From the NCBI GenBank assembly GCA_964016885.1, contig OZ024741.1, positions 184,574,001 to 184,638,000 on the forward strand: a DNA stretch of 64,000 nucleotides. Direction: 5' to 3'. A program made the position numbers and the translations under genes. Below, piece after piece: positions 1 to 12,894 of this stretch. Within the stretch, counting starts at the first letter, position 1. Each line of letters opens with the position of its first letter. A model generated the notes under the pieces. It had not been told where the DNA came from. It saw only the letters and a list, made by a program, of their open reading frames with translations, and searched no databases. Source of the DNA: Eledone cirrhosa. Lineage: Eukaryota.

Positions 1-233
1 TAAAGTACCAGTAATGTACTGAGTTATTACTGGCCTTGTGCCAAAAGTAGAAACAATTATGATAGAGTTTCAGACACCATGCTTTGAAACATAGAGCTAT
101 GGCTCTTTACGTTCTGAGTTCAAATCACGCTGAGGTTAACTTTGCTTTTCTTCCTTACAGGGTCGATAAAATGAAGCACCCGTAATGCACTGGGGTAATA
201 ACCTGCCTTATGCCAAAAGTAGAGACAATTATT
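1..233 (+). mobile_element. tRNA-derived SINE family A, two head-to-tail partial copies
   Basis: B box GAGTTCAAAT, core CTTTGC.TTTC.TCCTTAC.GGGTCGATAAAAT, tail GCCAAAAGTAGAAACAATTAT. Confidence 0.85.
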
Positions 234-1839
234 ATCCATTAAGTAGAGACAATTATTATTAACTTTCACAAAATAAAATATAAAGTTAGTATAAATATTT
301 AGGAAATTATCAGAAATACTGCGAATTATTGTTATCCAATTACAATGGATATCGTTGATTATATTTTGGTATTCTTCGTTTCTTCAAATTGTAATGAAAA
401 ACCATTATTCTAAAATATTCGTTGGTTTTGTGTTTACATGAGGATTTTTATTAATTTTTTTCATAATTGCATTATAGCAATCCGGGATATTCCTTGCTAA
501 GCGACATAACGCTAACGTCAGAATCTCAACCTACCAGAAGATAGGTCACAAGTGATCAATGATTGGTGGAAAAAACATGCTAATTCGTGAAACAGAAAGA
601 AACAAGAAAAGTATGATGTCTGTAATCTTCTTGTGTGCTATTTGATAGACACTTGACAGTACATAAAATCAAAAATATTAATTATATAGAAATATAAAGA
701 AGGATGACAGAAAACCAACAAATAATGGATTGGCTTGAAAATTACAGAGTAACTTCAATCTCGGAGAGATAGAGGGAGAAGTAAGAAAGAGAGATGGATA
801 AGAAAGAAACAGAGTGCTAGAGAGAAAGGGAAAAACTGTTAGTGATAGGCATCTATGGCATTGAGTCAGTAAGAATTTGGTACCCAAGAGAGGGGCAGAG
901 AGAGGAAAATAAAGAGAGAGGGAGAAGGAGTTAGAGAGGGGGAGTCAAAGACAGATACAGAGAGAAATAGAGGATAAAATGAGACATTGTGGTGTAAATA
1001 AATGAAAATTTGAGAGAGTTTTGTGGCTACATACGTACATATTCTTAGGAATCAGAGGTTTCAAACGATATCACATGAACAATTTCAACAGTTTATGATT
1101 GCTAGAATCCCCAATGTATAGTGCTTTGATAAAGTCCATATCTGTCTGAAATACTTTGTAGGGGTCAATAAGGTGGTTGCCGTAAAGAGAGAAAAACATC
1201 TGTTTTCCCCACATATGTCTTTCCAAGCCGTTGATATATCTGTATCAAAAACGACGACAGCCATATTGGCCACTCTTTATGGCAGCAAACCTTATTGACA
1301 TAAAAAAAGACATCCTGGAATTCATTACCATTGTTTCCGAGATAGTCTCTCACTAGTTTCCTCGGGTCTTATTCATATTTGTCTAGTACCATTAACTATT
1401 TTCCTGTTTATGCTATATTAAATTATTCGTTGAGGCTTCTCTATTGTTTTACTCGTTTATATATCCCTCGGTGTTTAGTCAATTGTGAACCTGTCAACTG
1501 GCAGGCCGGTATTTTGAAGTGGTTAAATCTCTTTAGTTAGATTCCTTCGGATTAACGAAACTTTGAGTGTTATTTGTTTAAAAAACTGTTTTCAATAGTT
1601 TGTGTCAAGTCAGCTACTAGAAATGACAATGTAGTGAACTAAATGCTTTGCTGTAAATACTTTCTACATTTAGAGTTCAAATCCCGCTAGAGCCTGTCAT
1701 TTCGTGCTTCACAGTTAATTGTGGTTGATAAAATTGACACCAAAATATAATATATTATGGTCGTTACAATTAACTGGACCTCATTTCACCTCTTTTCACA
1801 AGCCTACTGTGCTGTTCTGCTTCTCTTCCATTCCTTCTA

Positions 1840-1913
1840 CTCATAATCACCATCGTCTTCATTTCGATCATCATCATCATCATCATTAGCATCATCGTTA
1901 TCATCGTCGACGC

Positions 1914-2003
<90 letters not shown>

Positions 2004-2932
2004 AATCGCCGTCGTTGTCGTCGTCGTCGTCGTCGTCGTTATCATCCTCACTATCCTTCTCCCTCTACTCCTGTCATCGCCATTCTTGTTCTCCTCCTTC
2101 TCCACCTCTTCCTCCTCCTACTTCATGACATATTCCTCCTTCTGTTCAACATCATCATCATCATCATCATCATCATCACGCCCTCCACCACCACCATTAT
2201 CATCATCATCATCATCACCATCATCACCATCATCACGCCCTCCACCACCACCATTATCATCATCATCATCACCATCATCACCGTCACCCTCTCCACCACC
2301 ACCATTATCATCATCATCATCATCACCATCATCCCCTCCACCACCACCATCATCATCATCATCATCACCATCACCCCCATTATCATCATCATCATCATCA
2401 TCACCCCCTCTCCACCACCACCATTATCATCATCATCATCACCCCCTCTCCACCACCACCATCATCGTCATCATCATCATCATCATCACCCCCACCACCA
2501 TTATCATCATCATCATCACCCCCTCCACCACCACCATTATCATCATCATCATCATCATCACCCCCTCCGCCACCACCATTATCATCATCATCATCATCAT
2601 CACCCCTCCACCACCACCATTATCATCATCATCATCATCATCACCCCCTCTCCACCACCACCATCATCGTCATCATCATCATCATCATCACCCCCACCAC
2701 CATTATCATTATCACCCCCTCCACCACCACCATTATCATCATCATCATCATCATCACCCCCTCCACCAACCACCAGCATTATCACCCCCTCCACCACCAG
2801 CATTATCATCATCATCATCATCATCATCACCCCCCTCCACCACCACCGTCACCATCATCATCACCATCATCATCATCATCATCATCATCATCACACCCTC
2901 CATCACCCCCTCCACCCCCCACCATCACCATT

Positions 2933-3005
<73 letters not shown>

Positions 3006-3015
3006 CCACCATTCT
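1840..3015. repeat. (CAT)n / (CAC)n compound trinucleotide microsatellite
   Basis: Pure (CAT)n at about 1914-2002 and 2932-3004; interleaved CAT/CAC/CCCCTC units. Confidence 0.97.
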
Positions 3016-3350
3016 CATTAAGGTTTTAACTAACTAATGCAGCTATTCCATATCAGCGCGACAGCTTGAATTTGTTACGAGGGAGGGGGGTGGAGGGTGG
3101 AGGAGTTCAAGGGATCAAAGTTTCCCTCCTACTTCAACTCCCTTCGAAGAGGGAGCAGGGGTTTATATGATACAATTGATACAATTAAGTTTGTGATCTT
3201 TTCCTATTTCACCCATGCCTTTCGCTTAAAATTAGCCAAGGTATGAATAGGCTTCAAGTCCCCTCAGTGGTTTCACCCCACCAGAAAAGGCAAATAATAG
3301 CAAGAAAAATAAAAATAATAATTATGGCTTAAATAAAAATATCCAATTCT

Positions 3351-3397
3351 GTTGCTAGGGTAAGCGGGACGTCGACCGTAACCGGTTGCTAGGATAC
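3351..3397. promoter_or_regulatory. Pair of RFX X-box-like motifs
   Basis: GTTGCTAGGGTAAG (3351-3364) and GTTGCTAGGATAC (3385-3397) in a CpG-containing unique stretch. Confidence 0.4.
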
Positions 3398-3929
3398 GAA
3401 AGTATAACTGAATACTCGTAAAAGAGATAAGGATGATCAGATGATTTGAAATTGTTGTTTGTTGTTGCGATACAATGAAACCAGATCAGCATCTTTATAG
3501 AGGCCGAGGGTGGGAGGGAAGGAGAGTTGGTTAGTAGAGGGTGGGAGGGAAGGAGAGTTGGTTAGTAGAGGGTGGGATGATGTAGAGGAAAGCGTGTGGG
3601 ATGGGGCAGTGTGAGCGAGGGTGTCAGGGTGAGGATGTGTGGGTGAGCACGTGTCAGTAAAAGATGTGTGGGTTAGGGTGTGTGTGGTTGAGGGTTTAGG
3701 GTTGAGAGTGTAGGGTTGAGGGTGTGTGGCTGAGAATGTGTGGATGAGGGTGTGCAGGTAAGTACGTGTAGGTTAGGGTGCGCGTTTGTGAGGGAACTCT
3801 CTTCTTTCTTTGCAGCCCTGTCTGTATTTATGTCCATCTTCGGTGTCACGAGAGAAATATAGAGAAACCGTAGAAGCGGATAAAAAAAAACCTGTGATGA
3901 ATAGGAGTTAAAAGAGAGGATGTCGGTCA

Positions 3930-4912
3930 TGGATGTGGTGTAGGTGGTGGTGGTGGTGGTGGTCTTAGTGGTGGTGGTGGTGGTGGTAGATGTGGTGGTG
4001 GTAGTTGTGGTGGTGGTGGTGGCGGTGGTGGCGGTGGTGGTAGTTGTGGTGGTGGTGATGTTGGTGGTGGTTGTGGTGGTGGTGGTGGTGGTGGTGGTGG
4101 TGGTGGTGGTGGCGGTGGTGGAGGTGGTTGTGGTAGTTGTGATGGTAGTGGTGGTGGTGGTGGTCTTAGTGGTGGTGGTGGTGGTGGTGGTAGTAGTTGT
4201 GGTGGTGGTGATGTTGGTGGTGGTTGTGGTGGTGGTAGTGGTGGTGGTGGTAGTTGTGGTGGTGATGATGTTGATGGTGGTTGTGGTGGTGGTGGTGGTG
4301 GTGGTGGCGGCGGTGGTGTTGGTGGTGGTGATGGTAGTGCTAGCGGTGGTGGTGGTGGTGGTGGTGGTGGTGGTGGTGGTGGTGGTGCTAGTGATGGCGA
4401 TGGTGGTCGTGATGCTGATGATGATGATGGTGGTGGTGGTGCTAGTGGTGGTGGTGCTGGTGGTGGTGGTGCTAGTGGTGCTAGTGGTGATGGTGGTGCT
4501 AGTGATGGTGGTGCTAGTGGGGGTGGTGGTTGTGGTGGCGGTGGTGATGGTGATGATGATGGTGATGATGATGATGGTGATGATGAGTATTATTATGATG
4601 ATGATAGTGGTGGTGATGATGGTGGTGGTGGTTGTGGTGTTGAATGAAAGTAATGCTGATGATGTTGATGATGACAATGGTCGTGGTAATGGTTGTTGTA
4701 GTGGTAACGATGGTAACGATGATGTAGTGGTAACGATGGTAATGATGGTGACGATGATGATGACGATGATGATGATGATGATGATGGAGAAGAGGAAGGA
4801 GAAGAAGAAGAAGAAGATGATGATGATGATGATGATGATCATGATGAAGAAGAAGAAGAAGAAGAAGAAGAAGAAGAAGAAGAAGAAGAAGAAGAAGAAG
4901 AAGAAGAAGAAA
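3930..4912. repeat. (GGT)n grading to (GAT)n and then (GAA)n compound microsatellite
   Basis: Direct reading of the sequence. Confidence 0.97.
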
Positions 4913-5254
4913 GGGAATAAATAAATAAAAATTGATAAAAGAAGAAAAGTTAGAGAATGAGGAAATATATAAAATGGAGAGAAAGAAATTATTTATATTA
5001 GAGAATATAGAAGGACATGACAGAGGAGACAGAGATGGCGGAAAGGAAGAGGGGGAGGGGGAAGGATTCTTTAATAAAAAAAAATAAAAAAAAATGTATA
5101 AATGCGATGAAGAAGACTGGGAATGCATGTTTTGACCCCTTGTCATATATCAATGGTGAACCCTTTAAAATAATGTCAACTTTGCCAGAATGTATCTGTA
5201 AGAGTCAATCACCCTGGATTCTTGACGTCATTGAAACATTTGGTGTGAAAAAGC

Positions 5255-5646
5255 GACAACAGCAGCAGCGTCAGTTGCAACAACAACAACAACAACAACA
5301 AATGCAACAACAACAGAAGCAGCAATACTCAGTAACAACAACATCAACAACAACAGTAATAGCAACATTAACATCAGTCAAAGCAACAACAATACTAAGA
5401 GTAACAACAACAATGATAACAGCGTCAGCAACAACAGTAAAGCAACAACAACAACAGAAGCAGCAACACTCAGTAACAACATCAACAACAACAGCAACAG
5501 CAACAACAACAACAACAACATCAATATCAACAACAACAGCAACAGCAACAGCAACAACATTAACATCTGTGAAAGCAACAACATTACCAATAATAACAAC
5601 AGCAATGATAACAGCATTAGAAACAGCAGCATCATCACCAGCAGCA

Positions 5647-5690
<44 letters not shown>

Positions 5691-5895
5691 GAAGCAGCAA
5701 CACACAGTAACAACATCAACAACAGCAACATTAACATCAGTGAAAGCAACAACAATACCAAGAATAGCAACAGCAATGATAACAGCAGCAGCAACAACCA
5801 CAGCAGCAGCAAAACAACAACAACAAAAACAACAACAACAAAATATAAACAATAACAACAGCAGCAACAACAGTAATAGCAGTTACAATAACACC
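5255..5895. repeat. Degenerate (CAA/CAG)n low-complexity tract with internal duplications
   Basis: CAGAAGCAGCAA.AC.CAGTAACAACA and CAACATTAACATC.GT.AAAGCAACAAC each recur 3 times. Confidence 0.9.
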
Positions 5896-6900
5896 AAAAG
5901 CGACAACAGCAACAGTAACAACACTAACAATAACTACGTATAACAACTTCAACAACAACAACAACAACAGTAGTAGCTATAACTAGGAGACCGAAAGCGA
6001 CAACAGCAACAGTAACAACACTAACAATAACTACGTATAACAACTTCAACAACAACAACAACAACAGTAGTAGCTATAACTAGGAGACCGAAAGCGACAA
6101 CAGCAACAGTAACAACACTAACAATAACTACGTATAACAACTTCAACAACAACAACAACAACAGTAGTAGCTATAACTAGGAGACCGAAAACGACAACAG
6201 CAACAGTAACAACACTAACAATAACTACGTATAACAACTTCAACAACAACAACAACAACAGTAGTAGCTATAACTAGGAGACCGAAAGTAACAACAGCAA
6301 CAGTAACAACACTAACAATAACTACGTATAACAACTTCAACAACAACAACAGTAGTATCTATAACTAGGAGACCGAAAGCGACAACAGCAACAGTAACAA
6401 CACTAACAATAACTACGTATAACAACTTCAACAACAACAACAACAACAGTAGTAGCTATAACTAGGAGACCGAAAACGACAACAGCAACAGTAACAACAC
6501 TAACAATAACTACGTATAACAACTTCAACAACAACAACAACAACAGTAGTAGCTATAACTAGGAGACCGAAAGTGACAACAGCAACAGTAACAACACTAA
6601 CAATAACTACGTATAACAACTTCAACAACAACAACAGTAGTATCTATAACTAGGAGACCGAAAGCGACAACAGCAACAGTAACAACACTAACAATAACTA
6701 CGTATAACAACTTCAACAACAACAACAACAACAGTAGTAGCTATAACTAGGAGACCGAAAGCGACAACAGCAACAGTAACAACACTAACAATAACTACGT
6801 ATAACAACAACAACAACAACAACAGTAGTAGCTATAACTAGGAGACCGAAAACGACAACAGCAACAGTAACAACACTAACAAAACTATAACAACTACAAC
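5893..6900. repeat. 97/91-bp minisatellite, about 10.5 copies
   Basis: Unit GAAAGCGACAACAGCAACAGTAACAACACTAACAATAACTACGTATAACAACTT(CAA)nCAGTAGTAGCTATAACTAGGAGACC. Confidence 0.97.
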
Positions 6901-7258
6901 AAAAAAAACATGACACAGGCAGTCCAAAAAAAAAAGCCCAGCAACAACAATAATATACACGTCTAACATAAATTTCAAAGATACATCAATCTGTAGAACA
7001 TCACATGTTTTAATTTAATCGCCTTTACTTCTATTGAATGCCTATTAATTATGTAGTAAAGTGCCGTCTAATGTACTCATCAAACCAGTTAGATAAGTGT
7101 TCTTAAGCACGAAACTCTCGGCACTTGAATCACAAATATAACATCTGAACTATAATAAAAAAAATATATATCACTCTACCCAAGTACTAAGATTGACAAC
7201 CGAATACACACACAAATACATACACACATAGAGACAAACTTTCACACACACACACCCA

Positions 7259-7320
<62 letters not shown>

Positions 7321-7424
7321 TTCACACACACACACACAGACAAACTTTCACACACACAGACAAACTTTCACACACACATGCACACACACACATACACACA
7401 CACACATATATATCAATATATATA

Positions 7425-8230
7425 AATAATTGTTTCTACTTTAGGCACAAGGCCAGCAATTACCCAGTGTATTACAGGTACTTTATTTTATCAATATATA
7501 TAAATAATGGTTTCTTATATAGGCACAAGACCAGCAATTTTGGGCGAGGGGAAAGTCGATTAAATCGACCCAAGTGCGTGACTGGTACTTTATTTTATCG
7601 ACCCCGTAAGGACGATAGGCAAAGTTAACCTCGGCGGGATTTGAACTCAAATCGGAAAAGGATGTAACTCTATGCTGCAAAGCATGTTGTCCGACGCTCT
7701 ACTGATACTGCCAAGGTTAACTTTGCATTTCATCCTTACGGGGTCGATAAAATAAAGTACCAGTAATTCACTGAGTTATTTGCTGGCCTTGTGCCAAACG
7801 TAAAAACAATTATTAATTATATATATTGATAGGGCAGCGGATTGGCAGTCTGTCCGCCGGGGCTGTGATGGGCCCCATCGCGTACCGTTGTAGTTGTTGT
7901 AGAAGGAACAGGAAGATAACTGGAAAGTTTGATTTTCTACTTTATTATTTACTTCTTGCACTGAAAAACAATATTTGATATTTTTTATGATCCTTTAGTT
8001 ATACCTGAATCCACTACATTCTCCTCAGTAAATATAGAATTAATAATTGTTTCTACGTTAGGCACAAGGCCAGCAATACCCAGTGTATCACTGGTACTTT
8101 ATTTTATCGACCCCGTAAGGATGAAAGGCAAAGTTAACCTCGGCGGGATTTGAACTCAGAATAGCAAGGGCCGTAACTCTATGCGTCAAAGCATAGCGTC
8201 CGACCCTCTACCAATACTGCCAATCTACCT
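7425..8230. mobile_element. Cluster of SINE A copies: 7425-7492 (-), 7503-7714 (-), 7714-7815 (+), head fragment near 7830, 8042-8230 (-)
   Basis: Same family A motifs on both strands; A box TGGCAGTAT.GG and B box GAGTTCAAATCCC. Confidence 0.85.
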
Positions 8231-8462
8231 AATAATAAGTGTAGACGAGGTGTCAAATTTTCATGAAGATTATTCAGATGTGACTCGCGTTTCGCGATAG
8301 GTCAGCTCAAGCTTCGATCTCTATTGATCAGGCCCGACTCTGTATGTAATCAAAATCTCATCAGACTTCTGTTAGTTTAATCATGGAATTTTTCGCGTTA
8401 AAAATTATATCTGTTTTAATTCATGTGGAGTGGTCGTTTTTTATTTGACGTTACAATCTTTA

Positions 8463-8547
<85 letters not shown>

Positions 8548-9045
8548 AATATATATAAATATATGCTTGTGTGTATCTGTCTGTATGTGTTTTGTGTGTG
8601 CGTATCTTAAGATTAAGGTAAACGTTAGGTATATATAACTATCAATTTTGAATTAAATGCCTTATCTGTGAAAAGAATGAACTGTGAACTGTAAACACTT
8701 TCAAATATTCTTCCGAATACAGGAAAACATAAACGTGTGAATATGTTAGCAAGAACAGAGCATGTTTTCTATTTGAAATATTCAGTATTTACGTCGCTAA
8801 ACGTATGTGAATTAGACTGTTTATTTTAAGTTATTTTCTACGTTCTGTATACATAGCCTTGCTTCCGTACACGGAATCATGAAGTTAGTTATTCGATAAT
8901 GATGCGATAATAATTTTTCAAATGTCGATGTATGAATATCTGAAAGTGATTACATTTCGCAGCTCATTCTTTTCACAGATAGTGCTCTTCATAGGATGTT
9001 GCTTGGGTAATCTAATAGTTGGGACCAAAGTTCTACCATTATTAC

Positions 9046-9404
9046 GGATTGGCAGTATCGGTAGAGGGTCGGACGCCATGCATTGCAACATAGTTACGCT
9101 CCTTTACGGTCTGAGTTCACAACCCGCCGAGGTTAACTTTGCTTTTCATCCTTACGGGTCGATAAAATAAAGTACCAGTAATGCACTGGGATAAATGCTG
9201 GCCTTATGCCAAAAGTAGAAACAATTATTATGGATTGGCAGTATCGGTAGAGGGTCGGACGCCATGCTTTGCAGCACAGTTACGTCCCTTTACGGACTGA
9301 GTTCAAATCTCCCCGAGGTTAACTTTGCTTTTCATCCTTACGGGTCGATAAAATAAAGTACCAGTAATGCACTGGAATAATTGCCAAACGTAGAAACAAT
9401 TATT
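9046..9404 (+). mobile_element. SINE A head-to-tail dimer
   Basis: Two near-full copies. ATTATTACGG occurs at 9038-9047 and 9399-9408 (TSD-like). Confidence 0.9.
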
Positions 9405-10617
9405 ACGGTAACAGACGGCAAGATTTCAACATTAAATAGAAAGAGCCGGAACAAATACCTCTAAGCATCCCATCCGACACTTTTACATATTTATCGAACA
9501 CGAAATGATGAAAGGCATTCAGGGCATAAAAGGGAATCTATCCTAAGCTCTAACAATTCTGCTAACTCACCACCCTCTTAACAATATTAGGATTGTTGAA
9601 ATATAGAACTCTCGACATTTGAGTCAATTTTAAGTGCATCTTATTTTCACTTGTGGTTGAACTCACAACCTCTGAGTCAATTTTAACAAGTGCATCGTTT
9701 TGTTTTTCTTATTACACTATTATATATATGTTCGTGTAGTTCGTCAAGTATTATTGGCAATAGACTAAAATACTATTGACCTAGTCTACTTAACGTTGAG
9801 TAGGTAGCTAAGTGAAAGGGAGAACGGGGAGGGGTGTTTGTGACCAGTTGGAAATAGCAGCTGTATAGTAAACATTGATTGATAAGTACTTAATTCACTT
9901 ATAGAGTTGCGATGAATTTAGATTGTGGTGTTCTAGCTCCTTGGTTTCATCACCTATGTATACCTAAGTACCGGGTCGGTAACGTAATTTAGGGTATCAC
10001 GCTGATGTATGGAGGGAAGAAGCGTACCATTATAGTTAAAACATTATAGTTGTTGCAGGGAGAGCTAAACTTAATAAGGTGTTTTATTTCAGAAATATTT
10101 AAGTAATGTTCTAATTATCAGCTACACATGAAAAACGTAGATATTTTATTAAACTAGAATTTTTTTCAACACGCTGACACGTATGTTTATATCTGTATGC
10201 GTGTGTGTATATGCATGTGCATACATTTATATGTATGAGTGTATATATAAATATAAGTGTGCAAACACAGACACACTTACAAAAATACACACTCACAGAC
10301 ATACATTCACACAAACACACATAAATTCACACAAACACGTACATACATTCGCACAAACACATACATACACTCACACATAGCATAGCAAATGGAACGCTAG
10401 TCGCTGTTTTGTTCGAGATTTTTCACCATCCTCTTTCTTCCCTTTTCACACATATACAATCACACAAACACACAGACACACACCTACATTGTGTGACGGA
10501 CGGAAGTCGCTCAAATTTATACATACATTTTTCCAAACGTTTGGTTATTTCCAAAACTAATTGAAACATATAGGCACTGTATTTCAATAAGTATACGGGA
10601 TTGAAAGGATTACTGAC

Positions 10618-10693
10618 CTTGCTTTGTCTCTGATCCAGCGAGATTTGTACACGGAAAGCTCTTTGAGGAGAGCAAGGATCATTCGTGTCCCGG
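10618..10693 (-). CDS. Candidate exon of an unknown gene
   Basis: ttcttag|...AAG|gtcagt, 76 nt, open in two frames. Phase-compatible with candidate exons 10862-10940 and 7886-7919. Confidence 0.3.
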
Positions 10694-11399
10694 CTAAGAA
10701 TACATCATCCCGGCTAAGAATACATCAGTCAATCATTTCATTCGCAGAGTGAATGTCACAGATGATGAGTGATGCTTCTGTATTATCGAAAATGACAGAC
10801 CCTTGCTATTCATTTATATACCCATTTACTCAAGTGTAATATGGTTAATAGCTTGGGTTACCAGCGGCGACGTTGTTCGAAGCACACGATGCTGTTACAG
10901 GGTCCGTATCTCGTTGGGTTGTGCTCCAGGTTCAAGGCGGCTGTGGTTTACCGAATGTATATAGAAAGTGTCAATAAGAATTCCAATTTTTTTGTGAAAC
11001 TTTATTTCATATTACAATTATTACTATATCGATCAGCTCGGGTTTGATCAGGTGATCGTATTCCGACTCTTCAACGACACTCCTTTAGATATGAGAGTTT
11101 ACATGGGACCACCTTATGTTTAGGGTTATAGTTAGTCATAATATGAGAGTGAAGGATAGGGTAAGGGTTAGTTTTATGGTTTAGGTTTAGGTATGTTTTA
11201 GAGTGAGATATTGGGGTATGCTTATTATACGAGTTACATTTCGTTTTATAGAATGGGTGCTGAAAAGGTTTTGGTTTAACCAAATTTCCTACGTCTGATT
11301 GTATTTTTGTCTCACATTTTTATTGCGTAATTGGCCAGGTTCAGTAACTTTATATAAAAAGAAAACAAACAAAATTCGCATCATTAACTTAAACATGTG

Positions 11400-12866
11400 A
11401 ACATGATAAATAGAATTTTCAAATAGTGAACTCAGGGTTGTCACGAACCTTCTCTTTCTTGCAGAAGAAATCTCCGAAGGAAATCCATGATTGCATTATA
11501 GTTAACAAATGCCTGTCATACTCGACAATGAAGAAGTGGTGTGGCAACGTTCAGTGTGAAAATTTTACGATCCAAGATGCAGTACAGTCTGGGAGGTTAT
11601 TTACATGGTCAGTTCCTGAAATTGTTGAATAAGCCTATGATCTAATCTTAGCTGACCGACAAATCATTGCGAAGTCAATTCCTGAAACACTAAATACATC
11701 TAGAGAACTCAATGGGTTAATAATTCATGAACATTGGGGTTGGAGAAATACTGATAAAAAACAAAACACCGTACGTACATCCAAGTGGATTATGTGGGAA
11801 TTTCAGCGATCTTATGGGACGTTTTTGAAATGAATTCTCACTGTTGATGAAACATGGTTACAACATTAAAATTCGGATACAATGCAATAATCATTGTTGT
11901 GGTGGGTTCTGCACAGTAAAAACAATTCTATTGTTTATTGGCATAAAGGTCTAGTTTTAATGACTGACTATTTTCATGAGGGCCAAATAATTAGAGCAGA
12001 TATTTCTCTATCTCAGGCTGAGGAGGGCAAAGTCTCCAAATATCGGTCGCTCTCCGAAAGGTTTGTGGTCGTGCCCCTAGCAGTGGATACTTCTAGTGTC
12101 ATTTGCCCTAGGGCTACCTCCCTACTTACCACCATAACCGCTGAGCTGGTTAACCACAGAAGTGAGCCTCACGAGATAGAATGGCTCTTCCAGCGCATCT
12201 CCCTTACCATCCTCTGGAGAAACGCTATCTCCATTCTCTCTGCCGGGGCCATGGGACGGCCAGCACGTTGTAACCCATTTACTCATAATACATAGAGATG
12301 GGGAGGGCGAGAGAGATGGAGGCGATGACAGTGAAAGTTCGGCTCTTCCGTGTTCGGACACATTTATCAGACTGCAGGTTTTATGTACCTGTTCTTAGTA
12401 AGTATCACACAGCCAACTATGTGTAACATTTATTTGTGTATTAACACTTTCTGTTTAGATTAATGACGGCGTTTAACATAAAACACTCCGAGGAAAGCTG
12501 TGGAAAATTGTTTTCATAGTGCAGGACCATGTATTTTATAAGTCTAGCAAGAGAATTAATGTTTTAAAAAATTGGGTTTAGATTGTTTAGACAATCCATC
12601 CTACTTACTATATCCTGCCCAATAGAATTATTTTCTATCCACAAATCTTAAAATAAGATTAAATGGAGCTAATTCATTTTGAGGTATTAACAATAACAAA
12701 GTGCTATTTTAATGTCCAATATTGGACATTGTTTTTTGAAGGTTTAGAGAAGATTGACTATGTGCAGCGTTTAACTACAGCTATTTGTATGGAATAACAC
12801 GTAAATTGCATAGCTCTAGATTAATTCATTTTTCGTTGAGCTGAGAAATGTTCATCACCATCTTGT
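11400..12866 (+). mobile_element. Degenerate mariner transposon interrupted by an insertion
   Basis: KSPKEIHD..SYSTMKKW..IQDAVQSGR (HTH), ILTVDETW (first catalytic D), SIVYWHKGLVLMTDYF. Degenerate HPPYSPDLAP-like sequence resumes near 12595. Ends are approximate. Confidence 0.8.
11997..12420 (+). mobile_element. CRE-clade-like RLE non-LTR retrotransposon 3' fragment nested in the mariner
   Basis: AEEGKVSKYRSL..FVVVPLAVDT..WLFQRISLTILWRNAISIL matches the AE..K..KY/F.PLAVET/QRISLAI.RGNA C-terminal RLE pattern. GC content shifts relative to the flanks. Confidence 0.75.
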
Positions 12867-12894
12867 ATATGTATGTACATATGTATGTATGTAT

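Noticed and set aside
1085-1353. Two 62-aa minus-strand ORFs in unique sequence
   Set aside because: They are short, overlap in different frames, and show no recognisable homology.
5223-5230. TGACGTCA CRE site
   Set aside because: A single 8-mer is expected by chance in 64 kb, and it also occurs inside repeats in this window.
1770-5967. Long ORFs (poly-M/H/T/V/Q, including the 308-aa 5017-5943)
   Set aside because: They are open only because trinucleotide repeats lack stops. There is no recognisable domain or convincing splice context.
5893-6900. Regular repeat resembling a CRISPR array
   Set aside because: There are no unique spacers and no cas genes, and the context is eukaryotic. It is a minisatellite.
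11110-11200. TTAGGG-like hexamers (also at 3670-3780)
   Set aside because: Too few and too degenerate for an interstitial telomere. More likely low-complexity DNA or the interior of a repeat.
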